Shown here: positions 47,532-58,260 of the stretch, piece after piece
How the letters are laid out: each line of letters starts with the position of its first letter
Numbering within the stretch: the first letter of the stretch is position 1
From: an uncultured bacterium
GTDB lineage: Bacteria; Zhuqueibacterota; QNDG01; CAYUAG01
Reading direction: 5' to 3'
DNA: 64,000 nt
Assembly (NCBI GenBank): GCA_964554015.1
Contig: CAZKMO010000001.1
Span: 22,756 to 86,755, forward strand
Translations under genes and position numbers: made by a program
The notes under the pieces: model-generated
Seen by the model: only the letters and a program-made list of their open reading frames with translations
Database searches by the model: none
What the model was told of the DNA's origin: nothing

Positions 47532-47831
47532 ATGGCTAAAAAGAAAAAATTTTTTAAAAGATTTGGATGGCTGATTTATCTAATAATCTTTTTAATGGTT
47601 TTGATACTTCTTTCCTTAGGTGATCGTGGTTTTATCAAGCAATTCCAGGCTTACAAGCAACAATCGACCCTGAAAAAACAAATTAAGGAACTGAAAGCTC
47701 AAGAAGATAATCTGCAACAAAAGGTTGAAGACCTGGATCAGCCTGAAACCATTGAAAAAGTAGCCAGAGAGGAATATGGGATGGCCAAAGAGGGCGAAGA
47801 AGTCTATAAGGTTGTCCCCAAAGAAAAATAA
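47532..47831 (+). CDS. Septum formation initiator (FtsB/DivIC-like) family protein.
   Basis: It has a single N-terminal TM helix and a coiled coil (LKKQIKELKAQEDNLQQKVEDL). It lies just downstream of eno, as in many bacteria. Confidence 0.5.
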   Translation: MAKKKKFFKRFGWLIYLIIFLMVLILLSLGDRGFIKQFQAYKQQSTLKKQIKELKAQEDNLQQKVEDLDQPETIEKVAREEYGMAKEGEEVYKVVPKEK

Positions 47832-47930
47832 ATAAAAAAATATCAGCTGTCCAAAATCTTTTTCTTCTCCACTATCTGTTTTGTTTTTAAATTTATTAAA
47901 AGATTATTATAGATAAGCTAGAGGATTTAT

Positions 47931-48620
47931 ATGTGGGCTAAAATACGAAAAACATTTTTTGCTGGGATATTAGTTCTGGCGCCAATTGCTCTTTCGGTTT
48001 ATATCTTATATTTTCTTTTTAATTTTCTGGATGGCATTCTCAGGGGAACAGTAACTAATATACTCATTAAACGATTTGGAGATGAAAGTATGGTTACTGC
48101 TATTCCGGGCTTGGGTATACTATTTTTAATTGCCTTGATCTTTATAACTGGGGCAATAGCGCGAAACTATGTTGGGCGTAAAATCCTTGCTCTGGGGGAT
48201 TATATTGTAACTCGTATACCTCTTTTAAATCGTATTTACATTGCCATTCAGGAAATAAGTGAGGCAGTGTTTTCAGAAAAAAGAGAACTGTTTAAGAAAG
48301 CTGTTCTTATTGAATATCCCCGCATTGGTTGTTATTCCATTGCCTTTTTTACTCAGGATACCAAGGGAAAAATTCAGGAGAATATTGGTGAGGATGTGGT
48401 CAGTGTAATAGTTCCTACTACTCCCAATCCAACTTCAGGGTATCTTCTTTTTGTCCCCAAAAAGGACGTACTAGAGCTTAATATGTCGGTAGAAGAAGCT
48501 TTAAAACTGGTAATCTCAGGAGGATCAATTCATATAAAAGAAAAAATTGGTTTGGAGAAGTTATTCCCTTCTCGAAAAAAGAAAAAAAATAAAAACTTAC
48601 CCGTCAATGGAAAAAAATAA
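47931..48620 (+). CDS. DUF502-family membrane protein.
   Basis: The N-terminal TM segment FFAGILVLAPIALSVYILYFLFNFLDG and overall layout match DUF502. Confidence 0.5.
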   Translation: MWAKIRKTFFAGILVLAPIALSVYILYFLFNFLDGILRGTVTNILIKRFGDESMVTAIPGLGILFLIALIFITGAIARNYVGRKILALGDYIVTRIPLLNRIYIAIQEISEAVFSEKRELFKKAVLIEYPRIGCYSIAFFTQDTKGKIQENIGEDVVSVIVPTTPNPTSGYLLFVPKKDVLELNMSVEEALKLVISGGSIHIKEKIGLEKLFPSRKKKKNKNLPVNGKK

Positions 48621-49023
48621 AAAATATTTTAAATATAAAATTTCCAGTACAAGAGACCAATTACCAAAGGTTGAAAAGATCACCTCCTCCCTTGCAGATA
48701 AGATGAAACTTAATGATGAACAGAAAGATAATCTTTCCATAGCGGTTACAGAAGCAGTAGGAAATGCCATTGTGCATGGAAATAAAGAAGATGCAAAAAA
48801 AAAAGTAACCTTGGAATTTTATCTCAAAAAAAATAAAATAACGGTCATGGTAAAAGATGAAGGAAACGGTTTTAATCCTGATAGCTTATCTAATCCCTTG
48901 GAACCAGAAAACATCATGAAAGAAAGCGGCAGAGGTATTTTTATTCTCACATCACTTATGGATCAAGTTAAATTCAGCGAAAAGGGAACTAAAATTATTT
49001 TTAGCATGAAGATTTCCGCTTAA
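48607..49023 (+). CDS. Anti-sigma regulatory factor-like Ser/Thr protein kinase (HATPase_c, RsbW/SpoIIAB-like).
   Basis: The start was moved to internal ATG 48607 to avoid a long overlap with the upstream gene. The N-box-like segment SIAVTEAVGNAIVHGN and the G-box-like segment GRGIFIL are present. Confidence 0.5.
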   Translation: MEKNKKYFKYKISSTRDQLPKVEKITSSLADKMKLNDEQKDNLSIAVTEAVGNAIVHGNKEDAKKKVTLEFYLKKNKITVMVKDEGNGFNPDSLSNPLEPENIMKESGRGIFILTSLMDQVKFSEKGTKIIFSMKISA

Positions 49024-49120
49024 AATATACCTCCTTAATAAATATATTTATAAAGATTAAATTCTGCCTTAGTAAAAAATTTATACTAAACCTGACTTTT
49101 TTTAATAATGCTTATTAAAA

Positions 49121-50140
49121 ATGAACAAAATTAATTTAATTGGTCTATCCCGTAAAGAGCTGGGAGACTTTATAAAAAAAATTGATGAGAAAGAATTTCG
49201 TGTCTCTCAGATATGGTCCTGGATCTATGGAAAAAAAGTAAAAAAATTTCAAGAAATGACCAATATATCAAAAAATTTCCGTTCCGGGTTAGATGAAATT
49301 TCCTATGTGGGATCACTTACTCTCCTCGACAAAAAAACATCGGTGAAATCCGGAACTGTGAAATATCTCTGGCAATTGGATGACGGAAATAAAATCGAAT
49401 CTGTATTTATTCCGGAGGGAAAACGGAAAACCATTTGCCTCTCTTCTCAAGTCGGATGTGCTCTGGGATGCAGGTTTTGTGCCACTGCCAATCTGGGATT
49501 TATTCGTAACCTTACTTCATTCGAGATTGTATCCCAAGTATTGGATATAATTAGGAATATACAAGTTACTCCTACCAATCTGGTATTTATGGGTATGGGT
49601 GAACCTCTCTTAAACTATGAAAATCTGATAAAATCACTTAAAATATTAAATGATCCGGAAGGATTAGCCTTTAGTCATAGAAAAATCACTATCTCAACTG
49701 CCGGATTAGTTCCCCAGATCCAAAGATATACCGGAGAAAAACATCCCTTTAAATTAGCAATTTCCCTTAATGCCACTGACGATGCTATACGATCTGACCT
49801 TATGCCCATAAATAGGAAATATCCGCTGGCGCAATTAATAAACGCAGCCAAAGAGTATACGAAAATATCAGGCAAAAGAATTACCTTCGAATATGTACTT
49901 TTAGGTGAGATAAATGATCATCCCCAAGATGCAGAAAAGTTATACCAGTTACTAAATGGATTAAAATGTAAACTCAATCTCATTGTGTACAATACTACCA
50001 AAAATAAATTCCATCCTCCTTCGGAAAAAAAAATCCATAAATTTACAGCCTTGGTCAGAAAACTGACTGTACCGGTTATGATCCGGAACAGCAAGGGAGA
50101 TGATATCCAGGGAGCCTGTGGTCAGCTGGCTGGGAAATGA
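49121..50140 (+). CDS. rlmN: 23S rRNA (adenine2503-C2)-methyltransferase, radical SAM.
   Basis: The radical SAM motif CALGCRFCAT is present. The C-terminal catalytic Cys in GACGQL is present. The RlmN N-terminal domain is present. Confidence 0.8.
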   Translation: MNKINLIGLSRKELGDFIKKIDEKEFRVSQIWSWIYGKKVKKFQEMTNISKNFRSGLDEISYVGSLTLLDKKTSVKSGTVKYLWQLDDGNKIESVFIPEGKRKTICLSSQVGCALGCRFCATANLGFIRNLTSFEIVSQVLDIIRNIQVTPTNLVFMGMGEPLLNYENLIKSLKILNDPEGLAFSHRKITISTAGLVPQIQRYTGEKHPFKLAISLNATDDAIRSDLMPINRKYPLAQLINAAKEYTKISGKRITFEYVLLGEINDHPQDAEKLYQLLNGLKCKLNLIVYNTTKNKFHPPSEKKIHKFTALVRKLTVPVMIRNSKGDDIQGACGQLAGK

Positions 50141-50492
50141 AACGATGATAGTGTGTATAGTTCAGAAATCAGTAATAAGAAACCAGAAGTATCTTGATAT
50201 TGAGGTTAAAGAAACAGAGTAACGGGGTATTGAAGAATTTATATTTCGGATTGATTGTTTTTAGTAATGAAAGAAATTTAATGTTGATATAAAGTTGAAA
50301 AGAAAGTATAATCATTAATGATTTTCCCCCCTTTCTCCGGTTCTCCAATACACCGTTCCTGTAAACCTGATCAGTAGTTTATAAGCGGCAGACTGAATAA
50401 AAGTATTCAAACAATAAAAAATCAACTTGCATTCCTAGACTAATATTATTATTTTAATCATAGTTAATCTCCCAAAAAACTCGAGGTTCAGT

Positions 50493-51239
50493 ATGAAGAT
50501 TGTAATCATTGGCTATGGCAACATGGGCAGGGAAGTGGAAAAAGCTGCTTTAAAGAAAAATCATACTATAATACAAAAAATCGATCCCCAAGCGCAAGGA
50601 GCAGAAACAGCTGAAATTACCCCACAAACGTTATCTGGAGCAGACGTCTGCATTGAATTTACCCATCCGGATAGTGTTGTTGAAAATATAAAAAAAGTTG
50701 TGGAAATAGGAATTCCTATTGTAGTTGGTACTACCAAGTGGTTTGACCACCTGAAAGAGATTGAAACACTGATACAAAAGAAAAACGGTTCCTTATTATA
50801 TGCACCCAATTTTTCTCTGGGAATGAATATATTTTTTAAAATCTGCGAAGTTACTGCCAAGATAATGAACCGTTTTGATGATTATGATATCGGGGGAATG
50901 GAACTTCATCATAACCAAAAAGCCGATGCTCCCTCCGGAACAGCTAAAAAATTGTCTCAGATTTTAATAGATAACATTAAGAGGAAAAAAACACCCGTAT
51001 TTCACCTGGGTGACAGAAAAATTCAGCCGGATGAGCTGCATTTTTCTTATCTGCGGTCTGGAGCAATTCCCGGAACTCATCAGATTGTATTTGATTCTGA
51101 ACCAGATACCATTACCTTAACCCATACTGCCCGCTCCAGACAAGGTTTTGCCAGTGGAGCGATTACTGCTGCAGAATGGATTGTAGGTAAAAAAGGATTA
51201 TTCTCTTTTGATGAAATGATGAATCATTTATTAAAATAA
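50493..51239 (+). CDS. dapB: 4-hydroxy-tetrahydrodipicolinate reductase.
   Basis: The N-terminus MKIVIIGYGNMGR is present. The DapB core EL(H)HNQKADAPSGTA is present. Confidence 0.85.
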   Translation: MKIVIIGYGNMGREVEKAALKKNHTIIQKIDPQAQGAETAEITPQTLSGADVCIEFTHPDSVVENIKKVVEIGIPIVVGTTKWFDHLKEIETLIQKKNGSLLYAPNFSLGMNIFFKICEVTAKIMNRFDDYDIGGMELHHNQKADAPSGTAKKLSQILIDNIKRKKTPVFHLGDRKIQPDELHFSYLRSGAIPGTHQIVFDSEPDTITLTHTARSRQGFASGAITAAEWIVGKKGLFSFDEMMNHLLK

Positions 51240-51254
51240 GGAAAGGAATAACCC

Positions 51255-52142
51255 ATGAAAATAAGAGGAACTTTTACTGCCCTGATTACTCCCTTTAAAA
51301 ATAATAAAGTCGATTACGACGGATTTAAAGAAAATATCAGATTTCAAATAGAAAACGGAATAAATGGTATATTGCCTCTAGGGACAACAGGCGAGACTCC
51401 AACCTTGGAGGAAGATGAACAGAGAAAAATAATCCGGATAGCAGTTAAGGAAACCGATAAAAAAATTCCGGTTATGGTGGGAACAGGAAGCAATTCAACC
51501 AAACACACCATTGAAAATACAAAACAGGCAAAACAGGAAGGAGCAGATATAGCCCTCATAGTTACTCCCTATTACAATAAACCCACTCAAGAAGGGATTT
51601 TTCTGCACTTTAAGAAAGTAACGGAATCTGTAAATATACCAGTAATTGTCTATAACATTAAAGGGCGGACCGGTACTAATATAGAAACTCCCACCTTAAG
51701 AAGAATTGCTGCCCTGCCCCATATTATAGGAGTAAAGGAAGCTTCCGGTGATATTATGCAGATGGGAGATGTAATAAATCAGATAAAAAAAGAATTTCCT
51801 CAATTCTCAGTTATGAGCGGGGATGACAAAATTACCTTACCCCTGCTGGCTTTGGGAGGTGACGGAGTAATCTCAGTGATAAGTAACCTTATTCCTGCCC
51901 AAATAAGCCAGATGGTAGAAGCGGGATTAGCCGGAGATTTTAATAAAGCAAGAAAAATGCACTATGAATTGCTGCCACTAATGACAGGCGCTTTTGTGGA
52001 AACTAATCCTATACCCATAAAAGCCGCTATGCAGATGTGTGGCAAACCTGCCGGAGATGTCCGACTTCCCCTATGTGAATTAAAACCGGAAAACAGAGAA
52101 AAGGTAAAAAAAATACTACAGGATATGGGACTGCTTTCATGA
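51255..52142 (+). CDS. dapA: 4-hydroxy-tetrahydrodipicolinate synthase.
   Basis: The sequence GTTGETPTL and the active-site Lys context (GVKEASG) are present. Length is 295 aa. Confidence 0.85.
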   Translation: MKIRGTFTALITPFKNNKVDYDGFKENIRFQIENGINGILPLGTTGETPTLEEDEQRKIIRIAVKETDKKIPVMVGTGSNSTKHTIENTKQAKQEGADIALIVTPYYNKPTQEGIFLHFKKVTESVNIPVIVYNIKGRTGTNIETPTLRRIAALPHIIGVKEASGDIMQMGDVINQIKKEFPQFSVMSGDDKITLPLLALGGDGVISVISNLIPAQISQMVEAGLAGDFNKARKMHYELLPLMTGAFVETNPIPIKAAMQMCGKPAGDVRLPLCELKPENREKVKKILQDMGLLS

Positions 52143-52984
52143 ATAAAAAACTAAAAGAACAGATTGAGCAATTTTATGAGAAAGATCAGAATGAGTTTAA
52201 AAATTCCTCCCAATGGAAAAGAATCTTCCAAGAATTTATTCAGGGATTAAATTCAGGAAAAATTCGTTCCGCAGAACCTGAAAAAAATATATGGAAAGTA
52301 AACCAATGGATTAAGAAAGGAATTATCCTTGGATTCCGTACTGGTTCCTTGACTGACATGTCCTCAGGAAAATTTACCTATTTTGATAAATCCACCTATC
52401 CTTTAAAAAAGGTAGGTATTAAAGATGAGATTCGCATTGTTCCGGGAGGAACAAGCATACGCTCAGGTTGTTATATTGCTCCTGGAGTGGTAATGATGCC
52501 TCCCTGCTATGTAAATGTAGGTGCCTATGTGGATGAGGGAACCATGCTCGACTCCCATTCCCTAGTGGGAAGCTGTGCCCAGGTGGGGAAGAACTGTCAT
52601 ATTAGTGCTGCTGCCCAGATTGGAGGTGTTCTGGAACCTATCAACGCCAGACCAGTGATAATTGAAAATAATGTCCTGATCGGGGGAAACTGCGGAATTT
52701 ATGAGGGAATTCTAATCAAAAAAAACGCAATACTTGCTTCCGGAGTTATAATAACCTCCTCCACTCCGGTGTATGATCTGGTAAAAAAACAGGTATATAA
52801 AACCACATCCTTGGATCCTTTAACAATTCCTGAAAACAGTGTGGTAGTACCGGGTTCCCGACCGGCTTCCGGAGAATTTGCCCGGGGAAATATGATAAGC
52901 CTGCATACACCGGTTATTGTAAAATACAGGGATGCCAGCAGTAATTCTAAAACTGCACTGGAGGAGGCCCTGCGTACTTCATGA
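52139..52984 (+). CDS. dapD: 2,3,4,5-tetrahydropyridine-2,6-dicarboxylate N-acyltransferase (DapD-type, hexapeptide-repeat).
   Basis: Left-handed beta-helix hexapeptide repeats are present. It sits between dapA and an aminotransferase. It overlaps the dapA stop (ATGA). Confidence 0.65.
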   Translation: MNKKLKEQIEQFYEKDQNEFKNSSQWKRIFQEFIQGLNSGKIRSAEPEKNIWKVNQWIKKGIILGFRTGSLTDMSSGKFTYFDKSTYPLKKVGIKDEIRIVPGGTSIRSGCYIAPGVVMMPPCYVNVGAYVDEGTMLDSHSLVGSCAQVGKNCHISAAAQIGGVLEPINARPVIIENNVLIGGNCGIYEGILIKKNAILASGVIITSSTPVYDLVKKQVYKTTSLDPLTIPENSVVVPGSRPASGEFARGNMISLHTPVIVKYRDASSNSKTALEEALRTS

Positions 52985-54123
52985 AATTCCCCAGAACTAA
53001 GAATATCAAAATCTCAAAAATACGATCTATCTATAGCCAGGCTCCGGAACAATGTATTGATCTGGGCATAGGAAAACCTTTTTGTCCTACTCCTGCTTCC
53101 ATCAAAGAAAAAGCCTGTGCTGCTCTTAGGGAAAATTATACCAGCTATACCCCTACCCGAGGAATTACCGAATTAAGAGAAGCAGTAGCTGAAAGATATA
53201 ATCGTGAGTATAATATAACCATAACTGCCGATAATGTACTGATAACCTGCGGAGTGGCTGAAGCTATTTTTACTTCTATGTTCTCACAACTCCGGAAAAA
53301 TGATGAAGTGTTGATTCCTGATCCCGGATATCCGGCCTATGCTGCTGTTGCAGAATTGTTAGAAGCCCGGCCTGTTTTCTACTCTTTGTCTCTTGAAAAT
53401 AAATTTAGCGCCCGGGCTGAGGATATAATTCCACTCCTCCGCTCCCGAACCAAAATTATAATTTTCAATTCTCCTTCTAATCCTACCGGAGGAATAAATG
53501 AGAAAAAAGAATTAGAGAAAATTGCTCGATATCTGAAAAATAAAAAAATCTGTGTCATCTCGGACCAGGTGTATCACAAACTGAACTATACACACCAACC
53601 CTTAACCTCTCTAACAGATTTCTTGAACCTGGATAACCTTATCCTACTCTCCGGGGTTTCCAAAGAATTTTCCATGACCGGATGGAGAATCGGATGGGCT
53701 TTGTCTTCACCTGAGAACATAGCTGAACTTGCTAAATCTCATCTCTACCAGGTTTCCTGTGCTCCTTCCCTCAGCCAAAAAGCCGCCCTGGAAGCCTTAC
53801 ATTCTGGATCTGAAGAGGTAAAAAATAGTATGCTTAACAACAGAAATCTCATGTTATCTGGACTTAAGAAAATTAATGATCTGAAATATATAATACCAGA
53901 GGCAGGACTCTATTTTTTTGTGGATGTATCAGCCTATGGGACTGGTGATACAATCTGCCAAGAAATATTAAATACAGTTAAGGTAATCACCATACCAGGT
54001 TCTGGATTTGGTAAGAATGGCAAAAATTACATTCGCTTATCATTTGGGGCCAATCCCGAGGATATAAAAGAAGGCATGAAAAGGCTGCAGCAATTTTTTA
54101 ATTCAAAAGCTAAAGATAGCTAA
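52981..54123 (+). CDS. Class I/II PLP-dependent aminotransferase. It may be N-succinyl-diaminopimelate aminotransferase.
   Basis: It has the aminotransferase I/II fold (NSPSNPTG, SKEFSMTGWRIG with the Lys). It is in the dap operon. Confidence 0.6.
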   Translation: MKFPRTKNIKISKIRSIYSQAPEQCIDLGIGKPFCPTPASIKEKACAALRENYTSYTPTRGITELREAVAERYNREYNITITADNVLITCGVAEAIFTSMFSQLRKNDEVLIPDPGYPAYAAVAELLEARPVFYSLSLENKFSARAEDIIPLLRSRTKIIIFNSPSNPTGGINEKKELEKIARYLKNKKICVISDQVYHKLNYTHQPLTSLTDFLNLDNLILLSGVSKEFSMTGWRIGWALSSPENIAELAKSHLYQVSCAPSLSQKAALEALHSGSEEVKNSMLNNRNLMLSGLKKINDLKYIIPEAGLYFFVDVSAYGTGDTICQEILNTVKVITIPGSGFGKNGKNYIRLSFGANPEDIKEGMKRLQQFFNSKAKDS

Positions 54124-54180
54124 TCAGTAAAATCATAAATCATGAAAGTTGAGTTGTAAGAGGGAGAGAATAAAGATTAA

Positions 54181-54240
54181 AGAAAAAATACAAAATACAA
54201 AAGATACAAGCTTGTCCTGAGCGAAAGCGAAGGGATAAAA
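54181..54240 (+). repeat. Intergenic copy of the dispersed ACAAAAGATA.../GTCCTGAGCGAAAGCGAAGGGAT repeat motif.
   Basis: The sequence AGAAAAAATACAAAATACAAAAGATACAAGCTTGTCCTGAGCGAAAGCGAAGGGAT resembles the minus-strand sequence at 34741-34830 and the repeat arms at 34549/34730. Confidence 0.5.
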
Positions 54241-54383
54241 AGTAATAGTGATAGATTCATATAACTATTCTTTGCTTATGAACCTTGTGTTTTCTTTGAT
54301 AAAACTTAATTTAAAACTAACATTATAAGAAATTCTATTTAAAATTAAATATACTATAAAATTATTGAATTAAAAGGAAAAGT

Positions 54384-55277
54384 ATGAGCAGTTCTAAAAT
54401 TATAATATGGCTCAAGCAAATCAGAGCTCCCTTTTTAGTCTTATCAGTGGTTCTGGTTTTAATCGGTGTAGGCTTTGCTTACAGAGAAGGATATGCAAGC
54501 TGGTTTTATACTTTACTGCTGCTAACAGGGGTAATATTGGCTCACATTTCGGTCAATTTATTTAATGAGTTATCCGACTTTAAAACCGGAATTGACTTCC
54601 ATACCACTCCCACTCCTTTTAGCGGTGGAAGTGGTATGCTGCAAAAGCAAAACACTGATCCCAAGACAGTAAAAACTATTGCTTATATCTGTATTTTTTT
54701 GAGTGCTATAATAGGATTATACTTTTTCTTAAGCAGGGGATGGTTAATTCTTGTTTTTATGATAAGTGGAGCTTTTGCTGCCCGTTTTTACACTTCTCAT
54801 CTTACCCGCTATCTATTAGGAGAACTGGTGGCAGGACTCACTCTGGGGACATTTGTGGTACTGGGTAGTTTTTATGCTCTATCTGGGTTCCTGAATCCTC
54901 TAGTTATATGGGTATCTGTTCCTGCTGGTATACTTACTTCCCTGCTGCTGCTATTAAATGAATTCCCGGATAGAGAAGCTGATCAAAAAGGAGGACGGCA
55001 TCATCTAATTATTCACTTTGGTACTAAAACTTCCTCAAAAATATACCTTATAGGAATGGTGGTAACTTTTTCCATGATATGCCTCACTCCTCTGCTATTC
55101 AACCTTTCTTATCTATTTCTTATCTCACTTTCCACAGTTCCCTTAGCTGTGAAAGCTGTTCTCATCACCAGAAAATATCATGATGATGAAAAAAATCTTC
55201 TCCCTGCCCTGGGATTGAATGTAGGAGTAATAATATTAACTGATTTGTTAATTGCAATAGGGAGCATACTATCATAA
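54384..55277 (+). CDS. menA: UbiA-family prenyltransferase (MenA-like 1,4-dihydroxy-2-naphthoate polyprenyltransferase).
   Basis: It has about 8-9 TM helices. The Asp-rich motifs NELSDFKTGID and NEFPDREADQK are present. Confidence 0.55.
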   Translation: MSSSKIIIWLKQIRAPFLVLSVVLVLIGVGFAYREGYASWFYTLLLLTGVILAHISVNLFNELSDFKTGIDFHTTPTPFSGGSGMLQKQNTDPKTVKTIAYICIFLSAIIGLYFFLSRGWLILVFMISGAFAARFYTSHLTRYLLGELVAGLTLGTFVVLGSFYALSGFLNPLVIWVSVPAGILTSLLLLLNEFPDREADQKGGRHHLIIHFGTKTSSKIYLIGMVVTFSMICLTPLLFNLSYLFLISLSTVPLAVKAVLITRKYHDDEKNLLPALGLNVGVIILTDLLIAIGSILS

Positions 55278-55328
55278 CTATTCTTTCATATTTCTCGTTC
55301 TTATACAATAAGGAATACAGCCCTAAAA

Positions 55329-55718
55329 ATGACTAAAGATAAAAAAATTATTAAAAATTTCCTACAACAGGTTCTGGGCTGCCAGTGTCCGGAAAAGGTT
55401 TTCCACAATATACAGTGGGGGAATAAAAACCAGATTCTGGAGATAACTGTATCTAATCAACTGCTGATCAATATTTTTTTGGAACCCTTAAAAGAATTGA
55501 ATAAAAAACACATCATTGATGTACTTAAAGTGGGACAGAAAAAAAGAGATTATAAAAATTTTAACAGATTTCGGTTAGTGATTCCTTCCCATCAGGTAGC
55601 AGAAATGCAAAAACAATATAATCAAATAATAAAAAAAATTTTCCCTCAGGATAACAAAATCCATCTGCATATCGTAGAAAATAAACAGTTAAAAAATATT
55701 TTTAGTATTATCCGATAA
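55329..55718 (+). CDS. Hypothetical protein of 129 aa.
   Basis: This is an ORF only. It is Lys-rich and has no recognisable motif. Confidence 0.3.
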   Translation: MTKDKKIIKNFLQQVLGCQCPEKVFHNIQWGNKNQILEITVSNQLLINIFLEPLKELNKKHIIDVLKVGQKKRDYKNFNRFRLVIPSHQVAEMQKQYNQIIKKIFPQDNKIHLHIVENKQLKNIFSIIR

Positions 55719-55740
55719 TAATAAAAAATTATTTATGTTG

Positions 55741-56388
55741 TTAATTTTTTTGCTTGCTTTCCTGTTCCGCCTTCTCTATCTGGGGTTTAAGATATTTTTC
55801 AAAACATTCGGGACAAACACCATGACTGAATTGAAGCTCGGAATGATTGGAAATATAGGTTTCAACCTGTTGCCAGTAATTTTTATCATCTCTTACTTTT
55901 TTGCAGTAGCAACATATGGGTAAAAGACCCTGTAGTATTTCTACTTTATTCAGCGCCTCTTGTAATTTTCGAACATGATGATTAAGGTTCGCCTCCAAAT
56001 TAATAACCCGTAATCCCACATTAATCCTGGCTCGCAGTTCCTTAAGATTGAAAGGTTTAGTCATGTAGTCATCCGCACCAGCATCCAAACCACTCACGAT
56101 ATTTTCTAATTCGGATAAAGATGTTAAAATAATTATATAGGTGTAATAATCACATTTCAGCTTACGAATTTTCCTGCATAATTCTATGCCGTCCATCTCA
56201 GGCATCATCCAGTCAATAATGGCAAGATGGGGCAGATCTGATTGCACCTGTGCCCAGGCTTTTCCCCCATCTTCTACCGCTGTAACCGTATATCCCCACT
56301 TCTGAAGGGACGAAGTTACTAATTTTCTGGAAATAACATCATCCTCAGCTACCAATATTTTAAGGTCTTTCTTTTTGTAAAAACTCAT
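55741..56388 (-). CDS. Response regulator: a receiver domain fused to a Cys-rich C-terminal module (CCYCKK...W...HGVCPEC).
   Basis: The REC motifs [19 protein letters not shown] and K in TKPF are present. The C-terminal 60 aa carry C-x-C-x2-C...H-x2-C-x2-C. Confidence 0.6.
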   Translation of the reverse strand: MSFYKKKDLKILVAEDDVISRKLVTSSLQKWGYTVTAVEDGGKAWAQVQSDLPHLAIIDWMMPEMDGIELCRKIRKLKCDYYTYIIILTSLSELENIVSGLDAGADDYMTKPFNLKELRARINVGLRVINLEANLNHHVRKLQEALNKVEILQGLLPICCYCKKVRDDKNYWQQVETYISNHSELQFSHGVCPECFEKYLKPQIEKAEQESKQKN

Positions 56389-56771
56389 ATTAATTTCTCA
56401 ATAGTTTTGATTAATATGTCGTGACTAACGGTTTTAACTAAAAACTCATCTGCACCGCAATGCTTGGCTAGATCCCTGTCTTTATGCATATCCCGCGATG
56501 TTAATACAATAAATGGAATATTCCTATAATTCTTATCATATTTTAAAAACCTGCAAATTTTATGCCCGTCCATTTGAGGAAGCAATAAATCACAAATAAT
56601 CAGATCCGGTTTCTTTGCCTTTGCCAGATTAAACCCGGTAAGTCCGTTTTCAGCTGAAATCACCCTATACCCACTGGACTCCAGTTTTAATCGTACTATC
56701 TTTAAAAATGAAGGATTATCTTCAATAAATAATATTAATGGTTTCTGTAAGCTTTCCATCTTTTTCTCCAT
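56385..56771 (-). CDS. Single-domain response regulator (CheY-like receiver).
   Basis: The REC motifs ILFIEDN, LIICDLLLPQMDG and the K in VKT are present. The start was set at internal ATG 56771, which is an inference; the ORF track extends to 56816. Confidence 0.6.
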   Translation of the reverse strand: MEKKMESLQKPLILFIEDNPSFLKIVRLKLESSGYRVISAENGLTGFNLAKAKKPDLIICDLLLPQMDGHKICRFLKYDKNYRNIPFIVLTSRDMHKDRDLAKHCGADEFLVKTVSHDILIKTIEKLI

Positions 56772-56787
56772 TTTAAGCAATAAGTAC

Positions 56788-58260
56788 TTAATCCAATATT
56801 CCTTCCACTTTGGCAACTAATTTTTCATTATCTATTGGTTTTTCCATTACAGGTAATGTGCTTTCTCCATTCAAATCATTTAGTCTTTTATAATCAATCT
56901 CCACCCCACTAATTATAATAGCCGGAATAGAAATTTTTTCTTTTTTCATTTGTTCCAGAATTTCATAACCGTCAATTTCAGGGAGCATTAAATCCAGAAT
57001 GACCAGAGATGGATTTTGAGATTTAATTTTCTCAAGCGCACTCTTCCCATCATAAGCAGCTATGAATTTGTAGCCTTTATATTTCAGTAATTTCCCTACT
57101 ATATCCACAATTTTCTCAGAATCATCAACTACCAATACGGAAGGAAACTCTGCTTTCTCCAAAGTGAAATAAAAGGTTGTTCCTTTTCCCAATTCTGAAT
57201 CTACAGTAATGTTTCCTCCATGCTTTTCCACTAAAGCTTTGGAAATCGCCAGTCCCAGACCAGTTCCCTTGTATCCAGAGCCTTGGGTTCTGTCAAACTG
57301 TTCAAACCGTGAAAATAATTTCGGTACATTCTCTTTGGCTATTCCTGTCCCGGTATCAGACACCCAGCAGGTTACATATTTTTCCTGATCTTTAAAACCT
57401 AAACTTATTTCTCCTTTTAAAGTAAATCTTATACTGTTACTCACTAAATTGGTAAAAATCTGAATAATCCTATCTCGGTCAGCATATATATTCAAAGAAT
57501 TATCAGGAATAGTAAGCGCAAACTTCAAACCCTTTTCCGATACTTGTTGAGTAAAATCCCTCTCTATTTTTTTTGCCACCGCACATAGATCCACTGAAGA
57601 TTTGTGAATACTCAATTTACCAGCTTCAATCTTTGCCGCATCTAAAAGATCAGTTACTAACCGATTCAGCCGGTCAATGTTTTCCAGTGAATCACTGAGT
57701 ATATCCTGCTGCTTTTCATTCAATTCTCCGATAACTCCATCCAGGCATAGAGATATACCGCCTCGCATAACAGCGATCGGTGTTCTCAGTTCATGGGTAA
57801 CGGTTGAAATAAATTCATCTTTCAAATTATCTAATTCTTTGAGACGTTCAATATGGGAATTAAGCTGATTCTCCAACCCTAAAATTCTTTGTCCCACCTC
57901 GATACGTGCCATTAATTCCTGTGTATCGAAGGGTTTACTGATATAATCATCGGCACCGGCAGACATGCCTTTTGAGAGATCTTCTTTTTGCCCCTTAGCG
58001 GTTAGAAAAATAATATAAGTATATTTATTATCATTTTTATTACGGACTTTCTTACACACTTCAACTCCATCCATCTCCGGCATCATCCAGTCTAAAATAA
58101 TCAACTGAGGTGCATTTTTTTTCTTAAGTATCTCCCATGCCTCCAATCCGTTAACTGCATCAGTTACCAAAAATCCCCGCTTCTCTAAAACTCTCCGTAA
58201 TATTTTTCTTGAAATAGGATCATCTTCAGCAATTAATATTTTTGTTTTATTTTCAGACAT
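56788..58260 (-). CDS. Hybrid histidine kinase: REC-HisKA-HATPase_c-REC.
   Basis: The N-terminal REC (ILIAEDDP...[11 protein letters not shown]) is present. The H-box is THELRTPI. The G-boxes are [10 protein letters not shown]. The C-terminal REC is VLVVDDS...[11 protein letters not shown]. Confidence 0.75.
   Translation of the reverse strand: MSENKTKILIAEDDPISRKILRRVLEKRGFLVTDAVNGLEAWEILKKKNAPQLIILDWMMPEMDGVEVCKKVRNKNDNKYTYIIFLTAKGQKEDLSKGMSAGADDYISKPFDTQELMARIEVGQRILGLENQLNSHIERLKELDNLKDEFISTVTHELRTPIAVMRGGISLCLDGVIGELNEKQQDILSDSLENIDRLNRLVTDLLDAAKIEAGKLSIHKSSVDLCAVAKKIERDFTQQVSEKGLKFALTIPDNSLNIYADRDRIIQIFTNLVSNSIRFTLKGEISLGFKDQEKYVTCWVSDTGTGIAKENVPKLFSRFEQFDRTQGSGYKGTGLGLAISKALVEKHGGNITVDSELGKGTTFYFTLEKAEFPSVLVVDDSEKIVDIVGKLLKYKGYKFIAAYDGKSALEKIKSQNPSLVILDLMLPEIDGYEILEQMKKEKISIPAIIISGVEIDYKRLNDLNGESTLPVMEKPIDNEKLVAKVEGILD

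Noticed and set aside
48547-48606. The longer ORF-track start for the anti-sigma-kinase-like gene.
   Set aside because: It would overlap the upstream DUF502 gene by 74 nt. The internal ATG at 48607 gives a compact 14-nt overlap and keeps the whole HATPase region.
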